From: Gammaproteobacteria bacterium
GTDB lineage: Bacteria > Pseudomonadota > Gammaproteobacteria > Natronospirales > REEB76
Direction: 5' to 3'
Assembly: GCA_035465695.1 (NCBI GenBank)
Contig: DATIVR010000057.1
Coordinates: 803 to 64,802 of the forward strand
Length of the DNA: 64,000 bases
In this document: one piece after another, positions 46,023 through 55,693 of the stretch
Layout of the letters: the number at the start of each line of letters is the position of its first letter
Numbering within the stretch: position 1 is the first letter of the stretch
Program-made: the position numbers and the translations under genes
The notes under the pieces: model-generated
Told to the model about the DNA's origin: nothing
Seen by the model: only the letters and a program-made list of their open reading frames with translations
Databases searched by the model: none

Positions 46023-49000
46023 TGATGTCCGGGCTGATGGGCGGCGTCGCCCGGTTCCGCGTTCACATCCAATTCACCGGCTTTGCCCAGCTTGGCCGAG
46101 AGATGCTCCATGGCCACGTAGAACGCGGGCGTCAGGAACAGGGTGAGCATCTGGGAGAAGATCAGGCCGCCTACGGTGGCGATGCCGAGGCCGCGCCGCG
46201 CCTCCGCACCCATGCCGAGGCCCAGGGCGATGGGCAAGGTGCCGAGGATCGCCGCCATGGTGGTCATCATGATGGGGCGGAAGCGCACCAGGCATGCCTC
46301 GATGATCGCGTCACGGGCTGAGAGCCCCTTCTCACGGCGGACCTGCAGCGCGAAGTCCACCATGATGATGCCGTTCTTCTTCACCAGGCCCACCAGCATG
46401 ATGAGGCCCACGAAGCTGAAGATATTGAGTTCCTCGCCGAACAGCAGCAACGAGAGCAGCGCGCCCACCATGGCCAGCGGCAGCGCCGTGAGGATGGTGA
46501 TGGGGTGGATGAAGTGTTCGTAGAGGATCGCCAGCACCATGTAGATCACCAGGATGGTGACCAAGAGCAGGATCGGCAGGTCCACCATGGATTGTTTGAA
46601 GGTCTGGGCATTGCCGGCGAAGTTGCCGGTTACATCAGAGGGCAGGCTGCGTGAGGCGAGGGCTTCGATCTTCGAGGTCACATCCCCCAGCGACAGCCCG
46701 GGCCGCAGGTTGAAGGACATCGTCACCGCCGGCAGCTGCGCGTAGTGACTCACCTGCAGCGGACCCACGCCCTGAGTGATGTCCGCCACTGCGCGTAACG
46801 GCACCAGGTTGTTGTTGCTGCCACGCACGTAGAGTGCATTGAGTGCGCCCACGTCGGTCTGGTACTGCGGGGCGAGTTGCAGCATCACCCAATATTCGTT
46901 GGTCGGTCCATAGATGGTGGAGACCTGCTGGCCGCCGTAGGCGGCGTTGAGCACGGATTGCACCTCTTCGGCGCTCACCCCCAGGCTGGACGCGGCTTCG
47001 CGGTTGATGTGCACGTTGATCTGGGGATTGTCCAGCTGCAGGTCGGAGCTCACATCCTGCACGCCTGGCACCTTGGCAAGGTCGCGCTCGAACCTGGACG
47101 CGGCCGGGTAAAGGGTGTCCGTGTCAGGGCCCTGCAACACGAACTGGTATTGGGCGTTGCTGCCGATGGACCCGACGTTGATGGCCAGCGGATTCTGGAA
47201 GAACACCTGCATGTCATGCACGGGCTGCACCGCCTTGCGCAGCTCCTCCAGGATGTCGTCGGCTTTCTTGCGCTCATGCATCGGCTTGAGTCCGATGAAC
47301 ATGCGGCCGACATTGTTCCCGCTGGTGCCACCGAAGCCCTGGCCGGCGCTGGACATGAGCGCCTGCACCCCGGGGTTCTGCTGCACGATCTTGGCGACCC
47401 TCTGCTCCATGCCGTTGAGTTGGTCGAAGGTGATGCCCTCAGGGGCCTGGGTGTTGGCCAGCACCTGCCCGGTGTCCTCGCTGGGGATGAACCCTTTCGG
47501 CACCAGGGCGAACAGGATGAAGGTGAGCACCAGGATCAGACCGCCGACGCCCAGCATGGTGCGCCAGTGATCCACCGCCCAGGTGAGCGATACCCGGTAC
47601 AGCTCCCGCAAGTCGTCGAACCCCTTCTCCAGCACGTTGTAGAGCTTGCCGTGGCGCCCGCTCTCCTTGATGAAACGCGAGCACAGCATCGGGGTGAGAG
47701 TCAGAGATACGAAACCGGATATGAGGATGGCGATGCCCACCGTCATGGCGAACTCGCTGAACAGCCGGCCGATGATGCCACCCATGAACAGGATCGGGAT
47801 GAACACCGCCACCAGCGACAGTGTCATGGAGACCACGGTGAAGCCGATCTCCTGGCTGCCGAGGAGCGCGGCACGCATGCTGGGCTCACCGTGCTCCCGG
47901 AAGCGCACGATGTTCTCCAGCACTACGATGGCGTCGTCCACCACGAAACCGACCGCCAAGGTGAGCGCCATGAGGGACAGGTTGTCGAGGCTGAAGCCAG
48001 CCAGCTGCATGATGGCGAAGGTCCCGATCACGGAGGTCGGCAATGCCAGCGCGCTGATCAAGGTGGCGCGCAGGTTGCGTAGGAACATGAAGATCACGGC
48101 CACCACCAGCACGATGGCCAGGAGCAGGGTGGTGCGCACGTCGCCTATGGAACCCTTGATGAAATCGGCACGGTTGTACAGCACGTGGATGACGGCATCG
48201 CCGGGCGCGGCGCGGGTCAAGGCCGGCAGCAGTGCCTTCACCCGATCCGACACCGCCACCGTGTTGGCACCGGGCTGGCGTTTCACCGCCAGCACCACTG
48301 CCGGGCGCATGCGGCCATGGTCGTCAGCGGCGTCGGAGAACGTGGTCAGCTGCTTGTTCTGCTGCACCCCGTCCACGGCGGTGGCCACGTCCGACAGATG
48401 CACCGGTGCGCCATTCTGGTAGGCGACGATCATCTGGTTGTAGGCCGCGGCGTCCTTGAGCTGACCATCGCTTTGGACGGTGTAGGTATGGTTGCTGCCG
48501 TAGAGGGTGCCGGAGGGCAGGTTGGTGTTGTTGGTCTGGATCGCCTGGATGAGTTGGTCCATCGACAGGCCGCGCGCCGACAGTGCGTAGGGATTGACGT
48601 TGATCCGCGCCGCATATTGATAGGAGCCGAACACCAGCACCTGGGCGACGCCGTTGATCTGGGACAGCTGTTCGGCGACGCGGGTCTCCGCGAACTCGTC
48701 CAGCTGTGTGAGCGGTACACTGTCGCCGGTGATGGCGAGATAGATGATGCCGTAATCCGCCGGATTCACCTTGCGCAAGGTGGGCGGCGAAGGCATGTTC
48801 ACCGGCAACTGGCGGATGCTCTGGGAGATGGCGGTCTGCACGTCCTGGGCTGCGGCATCGATGTTGCGCGACAGGTCGAACTGCAGGGTGATGTTGGTGT
48901 TGCCGGTGGAGTTGGTGGAGTTCATGGAGGTCACACCGGCGATGGTGCTGAACTGCCGCTCCAAAGGCGTTGCCACCGAGGCCGCCATGGTCTCCGGGTT

Positions 49001-49162
49001 GGCCCCCGGCAGGTTGGCGCTCACGTTGATGGTCGGGAAATCCACGCTCGGCAGCTCGCTGACCGGAAGCCTGAAATAGGCGAACAAGCCGAATACCAGC
49101 AAGCCGGCCATGACCACGGTGGTCATGACGGGACGATGGATGAACGGCGCGGACAGGTTCAT
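46019..49162 (-). CDS. Multidrug-type RND efflux permease (HAE1, MdtB/MdtC/AcrB-like)
   Basis: 1047 aa. N-terminus MNLSAPFIHRPVMTTVVMAGLLVFG...LPSVDFPTI and 12-TM RND architecture. Confidence 0.92.
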   Translation of the reverse strand: MNLSAPFIHRPVMTTVVMAGLLVFGLFAYFRLPVSELPSVDFPTINVSANLPGANPETMAASVATPLERQFSTIAGVTSMNSTNSTGNTNITLQFDLSRNIDAAAQDVQTAISQSIRQLPVNMPSPPTLRKVNPADYGIIYLAITGDSVPLTQLDEFAETRVAEQLSQINGVAQVLVFGSYQYAARINVNPYALSARGLSMDQLIQAIQTNNTNLPSGTLYGSNHTYTVQSDGQLKDAAAYNQMIVAYQNGAPVHLSDVATAVDGVQQNKQLTTFSDAADDHGRMRPAVVLAVKRQPGANTVAVSDRVKALLPALTRAAPGDAVIHVLYNRADFIKGSIGDVRTTLLLAIVLVVAVIFMFLRNLRATLISALALPTSVIGTFAIMQLAGFSLDNLSLMALTLAVGFVVDDAIVVLENIVRFREHGEPSMRAALLGSQEIGFTVVSMTLSLVAVFIPILFMGGIIGRLFSEFAMTVGIAILISGFVSLTLTPMLCSRFIKESGRHGKLYNVLEKGFDDLRELYRVSLTWAVDHWRTMLGVGGLILVLTFILFALVPKGFIPSEDTGQVLANTQAPEGITFDQLNGMEQRVAKIVQQNPGVQALMSSAGQGFGGTSGNNVGRMFIGLKPMHERKKADDILEELRKAVQPVHDMQVFFQNPLAINVGSIGSNAQYQFVLQGPDTDTLYPAASRFERDLAKVPGVQDVSSDLQLDNPQINVHINREAASSLGVSAEEVQSVLNAAYGGQQVSTIYGPTNEYWVMLQLAPQYQTDVGALNALYVRGSNNNLVPLRAVADITQGVGPLQVSHYAQLPAVTMSFNLRPGLSLGDVTSKIEALASRSLPSDVTGNFAGNAQTFKQSMVDLPILLLVTILVIYMVLAILYEHFIHPITILTALPLAMVGALLSLLLFGEELNIFSFVGLIMLVGLVKKNGIIMVDFALQVRREKGLSARDAIIEACLVRFRPIMMTTMAAILGTLPIALGLGMGAEARRGLGIATVGGLIFSQMLTLFLTPAFYVAMEHLSAKLGKAGELDVNAEPGDAAHQPGHQ

Positions 49163-50286
49163 GGGCGGGAGCCGGGGACGTCGATCTCGGGCTTGGGCTC
49201 GCTGCCCACCGGCGCGGCGCTCACATGGATGCCGGGCCGCAGGTTGCGCGGCACCGCGGTCACCAGGAGGTCGCCGCCTTCCAGGCCCGACGCCACCACT
49301 GCTACATCGCCCACGGTCCGGTCAACCTTGATGGGTTGCTGCTCGGCGACACCGTTCTTCACCAGGTAGACGTAGTTGCCGGACTGCCCGGTGAGGACCG
49401 CGCTTTGCGGTATCACCACGGCGTCCTGCTGCAGGGCCAGCTGCAGGGTCACGCCCACGTACTGGCCGGGCCAGAGCTGTTCCTGCCTGTTGGGCAGGCT
49501 GGCCTTGAACATCACGGTACCGGTGGCCGCATTGACCGTGTTGTCGATGAAGACCAGCTTGCCATCATCGAGATTGCCGGTGCCGTCCTCGCGGGTGATG
49601 GTGACCTTGAGGGTGTGCTTGGCGTCGTATCCACGCACCTGGGGCAGGAACTGCTGGGCCAGCTGGAACTGCACCTGGATCGGCTGCATCTGGTTGACCG
49701 CAACCAGCGGCGTGGCATCGGTGGGCGCCACGATGTTGCCAGACTTCACCGACAGACTGCCGGTGCGGCCGGCGATGGGGGCGCGGATCTCCGTATAGGA
49801 AAGGTTGATCTGGGCCTGCTGGTAGGCAGCCTGGGCCTGATCGGCCGTCGCGCGTGCGTTCTCGTATTCCTGCGGTGTGGCGAAGTCCTGCTTGGCCAGC
49901 GGTTCCAGGCGGTCGGCGTTGGCTTTGGCGTTCTCCCACGCAGCCTTGGCCGAGGCGAGCGCTGCCTGGAACGGCGCCGGATCGATGAGGAACAGCTTCT
50001 GACCCGCCGCGACGTTCTGGCCTTCGGTGAAGTAGACCTGCTTCAGCATGCCCGAGACCTGGGGATGGATCAGCACCGAGTGCGCGGATACCACCTGTCC
50101 CACCGCGGTGAGCGTCACGGGCATGGGCTGTACTTTGGCCTGGCCCATCGACACCACCAGGTTGTCGACCTGCACGTGGCGGCGGCTGTTGCGCACGTTG
50201 CTCCATACCCGCAGCACCACCAGCACCACGAGGATGGCGGCGATCCCACCGATGATCCAGAAGGCTTTGCGCTTTGCCGTACTCAC
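49159..50286 (-). CDS. RND efflux periplasmic adaptor (MdtA/AcrA-type MFP)
   Basis: N-terminal TM anchor, HlyD-family lipoyl/hairpin region (YTEIRAPIAGRTG). Overlapping start and stop codons with both neighbours. Confidence 0.9.
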   Translation of the reverse strand: MSTAKRKAFWIIGGIAAILVVLVVLRVWSNVRNSRRHVQVDNLVVSMGQAKVQPMPVTLTAVGQVVSAHSVLIHPQVSGMLKQVYFTEGQNVAAGQKLFLIDPAPFQAALASAKAAWENAKANADRLEPLAKQDFATPQEYENARATADQAQAAYQQAQINLSYTEIRAPIAGRTGSLSVKSGNIVAPTDATPLVAVNQMQPIQVQFQLAQQFLPQVRGYDAKHTLKVTITREDGTGNLDDGKLVFIDNTVNAATGTVMFKASLPNRQEQLWPGQYVGVTLQLALQQDAVVIPQSAVLTGQSGNYVYLVKNGVAEQQPIKVDRTVGDVAVVASGLEGGDLLVTAVPRNLRPGIHVSAAPVGSEPKPEIDVPGSRP

Positions 50287-51635
50287 GGTAATTGCACCTT
50301 GTCTTTGCGTACATCGAGCCCGCCCAGGGCGTGCCCCATGGCGGCCAGCGCCGCGAACCAGTTGAGACGTGCCTGGACCTGCTGCACGCGGGCGTTGGCG
50401 AGGGTGGCCTGGGCCGAGAGCACGTCCAGGATGCTGTCCAGACCGTTCTTGTAGCGGGCCTGGGTCACATCTGCCGCCTGCTGGGAACTCTTGAGCTGCA
50501 AGTCGGCGGTATCGAGGTTGGAGACCGCGGTGCGCATGTTCTGGTAGGCCTGCCAGACCTCCAGTTGCACCGCCTGGATCAGCTGCTCGTTGGTGGCTTC
50601 CGCCACGTCCACCGCAGCCTCGGCCTGCCGCACTGCGGCATGGTTGGCGAAACCTGCGAATAACGGGAAGCTCAGCGAGAGGTCCGCGTTATAGGCATTC
50701 ACCGTGTTCTTGTCGCCGCCGATATCCGTGGTGGTGCGTCCGGCGCTGCCGTTCAGGCTGAGGCTGGGCCAGCCCCGGCCACGCGCAGCCTCCAGGCTCG
50801 CAACGGCCGCTTGTTGTTGAGCCTTCGACGCCAGCAACTCCGGGCGGGCCTGGGCGGCTTCAGCCAAGAGGTCGTGGATGTTCTGCTCGGGCATCCTGGC
50901 GTTGATCTGTGTGTCCCAGGGCGCGAGCGGCACGTCGGTGTCGGCGGGATACCCCAGCGCGATGGCGAGGATGCCTCGGGCGCCGGCCAGTTGGCCTTGC
51001 GTCGTCTGCAGCGCCAACTTGGCGCCCGCCAGGGCTGCCTCCGCCTGATAGACGTCGCCGATGGTGGCGAGGCCTGAGGTCTTGCGCTGGTTGGCATTGT
51101 CCAGGTTGGCGCTGGCGTCCTGCACGCTCTGTACGTCGGCATCCTGCACCGCCTGCAGGCCCAGTACCTGGTAGTAGTCCTGCTCCACCTGCAGGATGAG
51201 GTCCTGCAGCGTCTGGTTGGCATCCAGTTCCGCCGCGGTGCGTGAGTACTTGGCCGCATCCACGGTTCCGGAGCGGGTGCCGAAGTCGAACAATAGCCAG
51301 CTCAGATTTACGCTGGGCCCGTACAAGGTCTTGGGGGCAGTGGTGGTGGAGGTACCGCTGGCGCTGCGTTGCCGCTGGTAGTCATAGGCCACGCTGATCT
51401 GCGGCCAATAACCGGCCCTGGCCAGTTCCACGCCGGCATCGCTGTTCCGCACCTCGGCCCAGGCGATCTTGGTGGACGGATTGTTGGATAGCGCGAGGTC
51501 AGTGAGCTGCATCAACGTGAGCGGCTGCTCGAAATGCGGTGCCATGCCGGGTGCCGCACCTGCCGGCGCCGCAGCCACGCTCAAGACCGTTGCCAGCGTG
51601 ACGGTGAACAATCGCATGGTCGGAGATCTGGGCAT
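50283..51635 (-). CDS. TolC-family outer-membrane efflux protein
   Basis: Signal peptide and two OEP repeats. First gene of the OMF-MFP-RND-hydrolase operon. Alternative ATG at 51617. Confidence 0.88.
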   Translation of the reverse strand: MPRSPTMRLFTVTLATVLSVAAAPAGAAPGMAPHFEQPLTLMQLTDLALSNNPSTKIAWAEVRNSDAGVELARAGYWPQISVAYDYQRQRSASGTSTTTAPKTLYGPSVNLSWLLFDFGTRSGTVDAAKYSRTAAELDANQTLQDLILQVEQDYYQVLGLQAVQDADVQSVQDASANLDNANQRKTSGLATIGDVYQAEAALAGAKLALQTTQGQLAGARGILAIALGYPADTDVPLAPWDTQINARMPEQNIHDLLAEAAQARPELLASKAQQQAAVASLEAARGRGWPSLSLNGSAGRTTTDIGGDKNTVNAYNADLSLSFPLFAGFANHAAVRQAEAAVDVAEATNEQLIQAVQLEVWQAYQNMRTAVSNLDTADLQLKSSQQAADVTQARYKNGLDSILDVLSAQATLANARVQQVQARLNWFAALAAMGHALGGLDVRKDKVQLP

Positions 51636-51734
51636 AGGTTCGGACTGGCAGGTGAGACGCGTGCGGCCGCGGCAGATCAGCGGCGCCAGCGATGGGCCGT
51701 TATTGTCCCATCCCGCCGTTACTGGGCCGCGAGG

Positions 51735-51750
51735 GATACATTTTGATACA
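51735..51750. promoter_or_regulatory. Direct repeat GATACA-N4-GATACA (10-bp phasing) in the divergent efflux / two-component promoter region
   Basis: Read directly: GGGATACATTTTGATACAAATAG. It is the only AT-rich patch in the 191-nt spacer. A TAGAAT -10 candidate lies at 51792-51797. Confidence 0.35.
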
Positions 51751-51826
51751 AATAGCTCGCTGCGGCATGCGCGCTGCCGAGAGTGCGCGGCTAGAATCTC
51801 CGCCAGCGAACTTTCTTCCCTGATCC

Positions 51827-52552
51827 ATGACCAAACAAGACCACATCCTGTTGGTGGACGACGACGCGGAGATCCGGGCGCTCCTGTCCGAGTATCTGTC
51901 CCGCGAAGGCTTCCGTGTCACCGCCGTGGCTGACGGCCGCAGCATGGACGAAGCCATGGAAGACAACCGTTTCGACCTCGCGGTTTTGGATCTGATGTTG
52001 CCCGGCGAAGACGGGGTGAGTCTGTGCAAGCGGCTGCGTGCCAAGTCCGTGTTGCCGGTCATCATGCTCACCGCCCGGGGCGAGGAGGCCGACCGTATCA
52101 CCGGTCTTGAGGCGGGCGCCGACGATTACCTGGCCAAACCCTTCAACCCGCGCGAGCTCCTGGCGCGTATCCACAGCGTGCTGCGCCGCGCGCGCACCCT
52201 CCCCGAGGAGGTGACGCCGGAACAGGGTCGGCAGTTCAGCTTCTCCGGATGGAAGCTCGATACGCTCACCCGGCAGCTGGTCTCGGGCGCCGGTGTGACC
52301 ACGCCGCTGTCCGGCGCCGAATACCGGTTGTTGTGCGTATTCCTGCATCACGCCGGTCAGGTCCTGAGCCGCGACCAGCTGACCGAGATGATCCGCGGCC
52401 GGGGCAGTCACATGCCTTTCGACCGCAGCATCGACGTGCAGGTCAGCCGTCTGCGCCAACGCTTGGGTGACGATGGCCGGGTACCGGCCTTGATCCGCAC
52501 AGTGCGCGGCGAAGGTTACGTGTTATCGGTACCCGTGGAAGTGCAGGCCTGA
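51827..52552 (+). CDS. OmpR-family response regulator
   Basis: Receiver domain (ILLVDDD...DLAVLDLMLPGEDG...KPF) plus a winged-helix output domain (VRGEGYVL). Confidence 0.93.
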   Translation: MTKQDHILLVDDDAEIRALLSEYLSREGFRVTAVADGRSMDEAMEDNRFDLAVLDLMLPGEDGVSLCKRLRAKSVLPVIMLTARGEEADRITGLEAGADDYLAKPFNPRELLARIHSVLRRARTLPEEVTPEQGRQFSFSGWKLDTLTRQLVSGAGVTTPLSGAEYRLLCVFLHHAGQVLSRDQLTEMIRGRGSHMPFDRSIDVQVSRLRQRLGDDGRVPALIRTVRGEGYVLSVPVEVQA

Positions 52553-53910
52553 TGCGTTTCTGGCCACGGTCCCTCTATGGCCAGCTGGCGCTGGTGCTGT
52601 TGGCAGGCCTTCTGGTGGCCCAGATCGTGAGCGCGGCTATCAGCCTGGCTGAACGTGACCGGGCGTTATTCCGCTTCAGCGATGCCCAGTGGGCGCTGCG
52701 CGTGGCGCAGGCAGTCCGGCTCATGGACTCCCTTGACGCAAGTGAACGCCAACGCATCGCCGGCATCATCACCACGCCACGCCTGCTGGTGAGCCTGAGC
52801 CCGCAACCGCCCGTGAGCGGCCACTCAGATCCCGCCTCGGCGGACTATGAGGCCGCCCTCAAGGAGACTTTGGGCAGCGAACGTCAGGTGCGGGTGGTGG
52901 TGGCAGAACGCACGCCCGCGGAATCCATGGAAGGCGTACCGGCGACCGTGCACGCTCCCGGCATCAAACGCAGCCAACACGTCATCACCGAAGTACAGCT
53001 GAAGGACGGCAGTTGGGTGAACTTCGACCACCCTCGGCCTTGGGCGCTTACCGACAGCCCCCTCCGGTTGGTGCTGAGTCTGGGGGTGCTGCTGCTGTCG
53101 GTGCTGTTGCTCTCATTCCTGGCGGTGCGTTGGGTGACTCAGCCGCTCTCCACCCTGGCCCGCGCCGCGGATGAACTGGGCCGAGACCTCCACCGGCCGC
53201 CCTTGGCCGAGCAGGGTCCCCTGGAGGTGCGTGCTGCCTCGGCGGCTTTCAACACCATGCAGGCCCGCCTGCGCGACTATATATATGAGCGCACCCGCAT
53301 ACTCACGGCGGTCTCCCACGACCTGCGCACGCCCATCACCCGCATGCGCCTGCGCGCCGAGCTCCTGAGCGACGAGTCGCTCAAGGCCAAGCTGGTGCGC
53401 GACCTCCAGGAGATGGAGGAGATGACCAACGCCACGCTCTCGTTCTTGCGTGGATTCGAGGATCGTGAGCCGCTGCAGAGCGTGGACCTCATGGCGTTGC
53501 TGGAGAGCCTGGAGACGGACTCCGTCGATACGGGCTATGACGTGAAGCTCAATGGCCATATCGACCGGCCGGTGATGTTGCGGCCGCGCGCCCTGCGCCG
53601 CCTGCTCGACAACCTGGTCACCAACGCGGTGCGTTACGGCAAGAAGGCGATGGTCACGGTGCAGGACCTAGGAGAAGAGGTAGTGATCCGTGTCCGTGAC
53701 GCCGGCGTCGGCATCCCTCCGGAGGAACTGGAGAAGGTGTTCGAACCGTATTATCGGCTGGAGAAGGCGCGCAGCCAGGAGGGCGGTGGCACCGGCCTGG
53801 GTTTGAGCATCGCTCGTAACATCGCGGAGCTGCATGGGGGAAGGTTGATCCTGCAGAACCATCCGGCGGGCGGGCTGGAAGCGATCTTGACCTTACCCGC
53901 CCGCGACTAG
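52552..53910 (+). CDS. EnvZ-type sensor histidine kinase
   Basis: Two TM segments with a periplasmic loop, HAMP, H-box SHDLRTPIT, N box NLVTNAVRYG and G box GTGLGLSIA. TGATG coupling to the regulator gene. Confidence 0.92.
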   Translation: MRFWPRSLYGQLALVLLAGLLVAQIVSAAISLAERDRALFRFSDAQWALRVAQAVRLMDSLDASERQRIAGIITTPRLLVSLSPQPPVSGHSDPASADYEAALKETLGSERQVRVVVAERTPAESMEGVPATVHAPGIKRSQHVITEVQLKDGSWVNFDHPRPWALTDSPLRLVLSLGVLLLSVLLLSFLAVRWVTQPLSTLARAADELGRDLHRPPLAEQGPLEVRAASAAFNTMQARLRDYIYERTRILTAVSHDLRTPITRMRLRAELLSDESLKAKLVRDLQEMEEMTNATLSFLRGFEDREPLQSVDLMALLESLETDSVDTGYDVKLNGHIDRPVMLRPRALRRLLDNLVTNAVRYGKKAMVTVQDLGEEVVIRVRDAGVGIPPEELEKVFEPYYRLEKARSQEGGGTGLGLSIARNIAELHGGRLILQNHPAGGLEAILTLPARD

Positions 53911-54972
53911 CCGCTCGCCGCGAGCCTTCGCGGCCATGAGCTCGTCCAGCTTGCCGGTCACGTCTTCCACCCTGATGCAGTCCATGGCCTTCGGATCGCG
54001 CACCCGGGTTCCCCAGGGAGCCGTCTCAGGGGTGAGGTTGTCGAACTGCTTCAAGGCGTCGGGGTAGCGATCGACGCGCCAGCGCTGGCTGAGATAAGGG
54101 CCGGCGCGGTCTGGGTTGGTGGTGGCATAGATGCCGATCACCGGTATCCCTGCGGCGGTGCCCATGTGCACCGGTCCCGAATCCGGGGAGAGCAGCACGG
54201 TGGCTCGTTTCAGCAGCGCCAGCAATTCCTTCAGGCTGGTCTTGCCTACCAGGTTCACGACCGTGGTCTTCGACAGGGCGCTTATGCGTTCGCCATAGGC
54301 TGTCTCGATCTCGCTGCGGCCACCTGTCACCAGCACCTGCATGCCGTGCTTCCGCGCTGCGTGATCCGCCACTGCGGCGTAGTATTCCGGCTGCCAACTG
54401 CGCCAGTTGCGGAAGCGTGGATTGGCGCAGGGACTGATGATCAATGTGGGTTGGCTGCCGGGGATCCGCTCCGCAGCGAAGGCGTCGGCCGCCCTAGGCA
54501 CCGGGATATCCCAGCGCAGCACGTGCTCCTGGACACCCAGCGCTTCGCTGAAACCGAAGAGGCTGTCCATCACGTGTTGGCGATCCCGGTGCGGGATGCG
54601 GCGGTTGGTGAACAACCACTGGAAGTCGTGGGCACGCTCGCGGTCGAAACCCAGGCGCACCGGCGCCTTCACCGCGAGGCTGCCGATGCTCGCGCGCAGC
54701 GACATCTGCATGTGCAACAGGATATCGAAGCGCCGGCCTTTCAACGCGCGCTTCACCTGCCCGTACGGCCTTTGCGACTTGTCGAAGGTGATAAACTCGA
54801 TGCCAGGGATGTCGCCCACCAGACTCGCTTCGAGTTTGCCGATGATCCAGGTGATGCGCGTGGCTGGCCAAGCTTGCTGCAAGGTGCGCACCACCGGAAG
54901 CGTGTGGCACACGTCGCCTACCGCTGAAAGGCGCATCACGCACAGCGATTCGGGAGCGGGCGGTTTGGCCAT
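53893..54972 (-). CDS. Glycosyltransferase family 9 (LPS heptosyltransferase)
   Basis: N-terminus MRLSAVGDVCHTLPVV parallels the WaaC/WaaF SMGDV-HTLP motif. ATG 54972 is preferred over TTG 55005. The 3' end overlaps the kinase gene by 18 nt. Confidence 0.85.
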   Translation of the reverse strand: MAKPPAPESLCVMRLSAVGDVCHTLPVVRTLQQAWPATRITWIIGKLEASLVGDIPGIEFITFDKSQRPYGQVKRALKGRRFDILLHMQMSLRASIGSLAVKAPVRLGFDRERAHDFQWLFTNRRIPHRDRQHVMDSLFGFSEALGVQEHVLRWDIPVPRAADAFAAERIPGSQPTLIISPCANPRFRNWRSWQPEYYAAVADHAARKHGMQVLVTGGRSEIETAYGERISALSKTTVVNLVGKTSLKELLALLKRATVLLSPDSGPVHMGTAAGIPVIGIYATTNPDRAGPYLSQRWRVDRYPDALKQFDNLTPETAPWGTRVRDPKAMDCIRVEDVTGKLDELMAAKARGERLVAGG

Positions 54973-54990
54973 GTCGGGAGACCGTTTGGG

Positions 54991-55677
54991 ATGACGGCGA
55001 TGCAACTGGAATCCGGGCGCGCGGTCATCCTATACGATGACGCACTGGTTGACCACGCGGACCCGGCATTGTTCGTGCCACCGGTGGAGGCCGCCGCGGC
55101 CGTGGGTGGGCGCGGCAGCGCCTGGCTGGTCCAGCATGGCGCGGATCAGTGGGTGTTGCGGCATTATCGGCGCGGCGGGCTGCCTGGTCGTTTCATCCAC
55201 GACGCCTATCTATGGACCGGACTGGAAGTCACCCGCGCCTGGCGCGAGTGGCGCCTGCTGTACTCGCTGTATCAGGAAGGACTGCCGGTGCCGCAGCCGG
55301 TGGCGGCCCAGGTGGTCCGGACCGGATTCATCTACCGAGCCGACCTCATCACCCGGCGCATCCTGGCCGCCAGCAGCATCGCGACGCTGATGGAGGGGGG
55401 CGGCGAGAGCCGCATTCCCTGGTCTGAAGCCGGCCGCACGGTGCGCAGGCTTCACGACGCCGGTGTCTTCCACGCGGACCTGAACGCCCATAACTTGCTG
55501 GTGGACGCCGCCGCCAAGGTGCACGTCATCGATCTTGACCGCGGAGAGCGGCGCGGTCCAGGCGCCTGGCGGCAGGCGAACCTGGCGCGGCTCGAGCGTT
55601 CATTGTGCAAGCTGACCGGATCCAAAGCTGTCATCGCACCGGCATGGGCGGCGTTCTTGGACGGGTACAGAGCCTGA
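54991..55677 (+). CDS. kdkA: 3-deoxy-D-manno-octulosonic acid (Kdo) kinase
   Basis: Small kinase fold with WVLRHYRRGG and the catalytic loop FHADLNAHNLLVD. LPS core gene context. Confidence 0.85.
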   Translation: MTAMQLESGRAVILYDDALVDHADPALFVPPVEAAAAVGGRGSAWLVQHGADQWVLRHYRRGGLPGRFIHDAYLWTGLEVTRAWREWRLLYSLYQEGLPVPQPVAAQVVRTGFIYRADLITRRILAASSIATLMEGGGESRIPWSEAGRTVRRLHDAGVFHADLNAHNLLVDAAAKVHVIDLDRGERRGPGAWRQANLARLERSLCKLTGSKAVIAPAWAAFLDGYRA

Positions 55678-55693
55678 GGCCTAGCCCGAACCC

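Noticed and set aside
46877-50454. Series of 390-410-aa plus-strand ORFs (46877-48082, 48185-49369, 49225-50454) opposite the RND and MFP genes.
   Set aside because: They are shadow ORFs of the minus-strand efflux operon. They have no domain signatures and their boundaries are unrelated to the operon structure.
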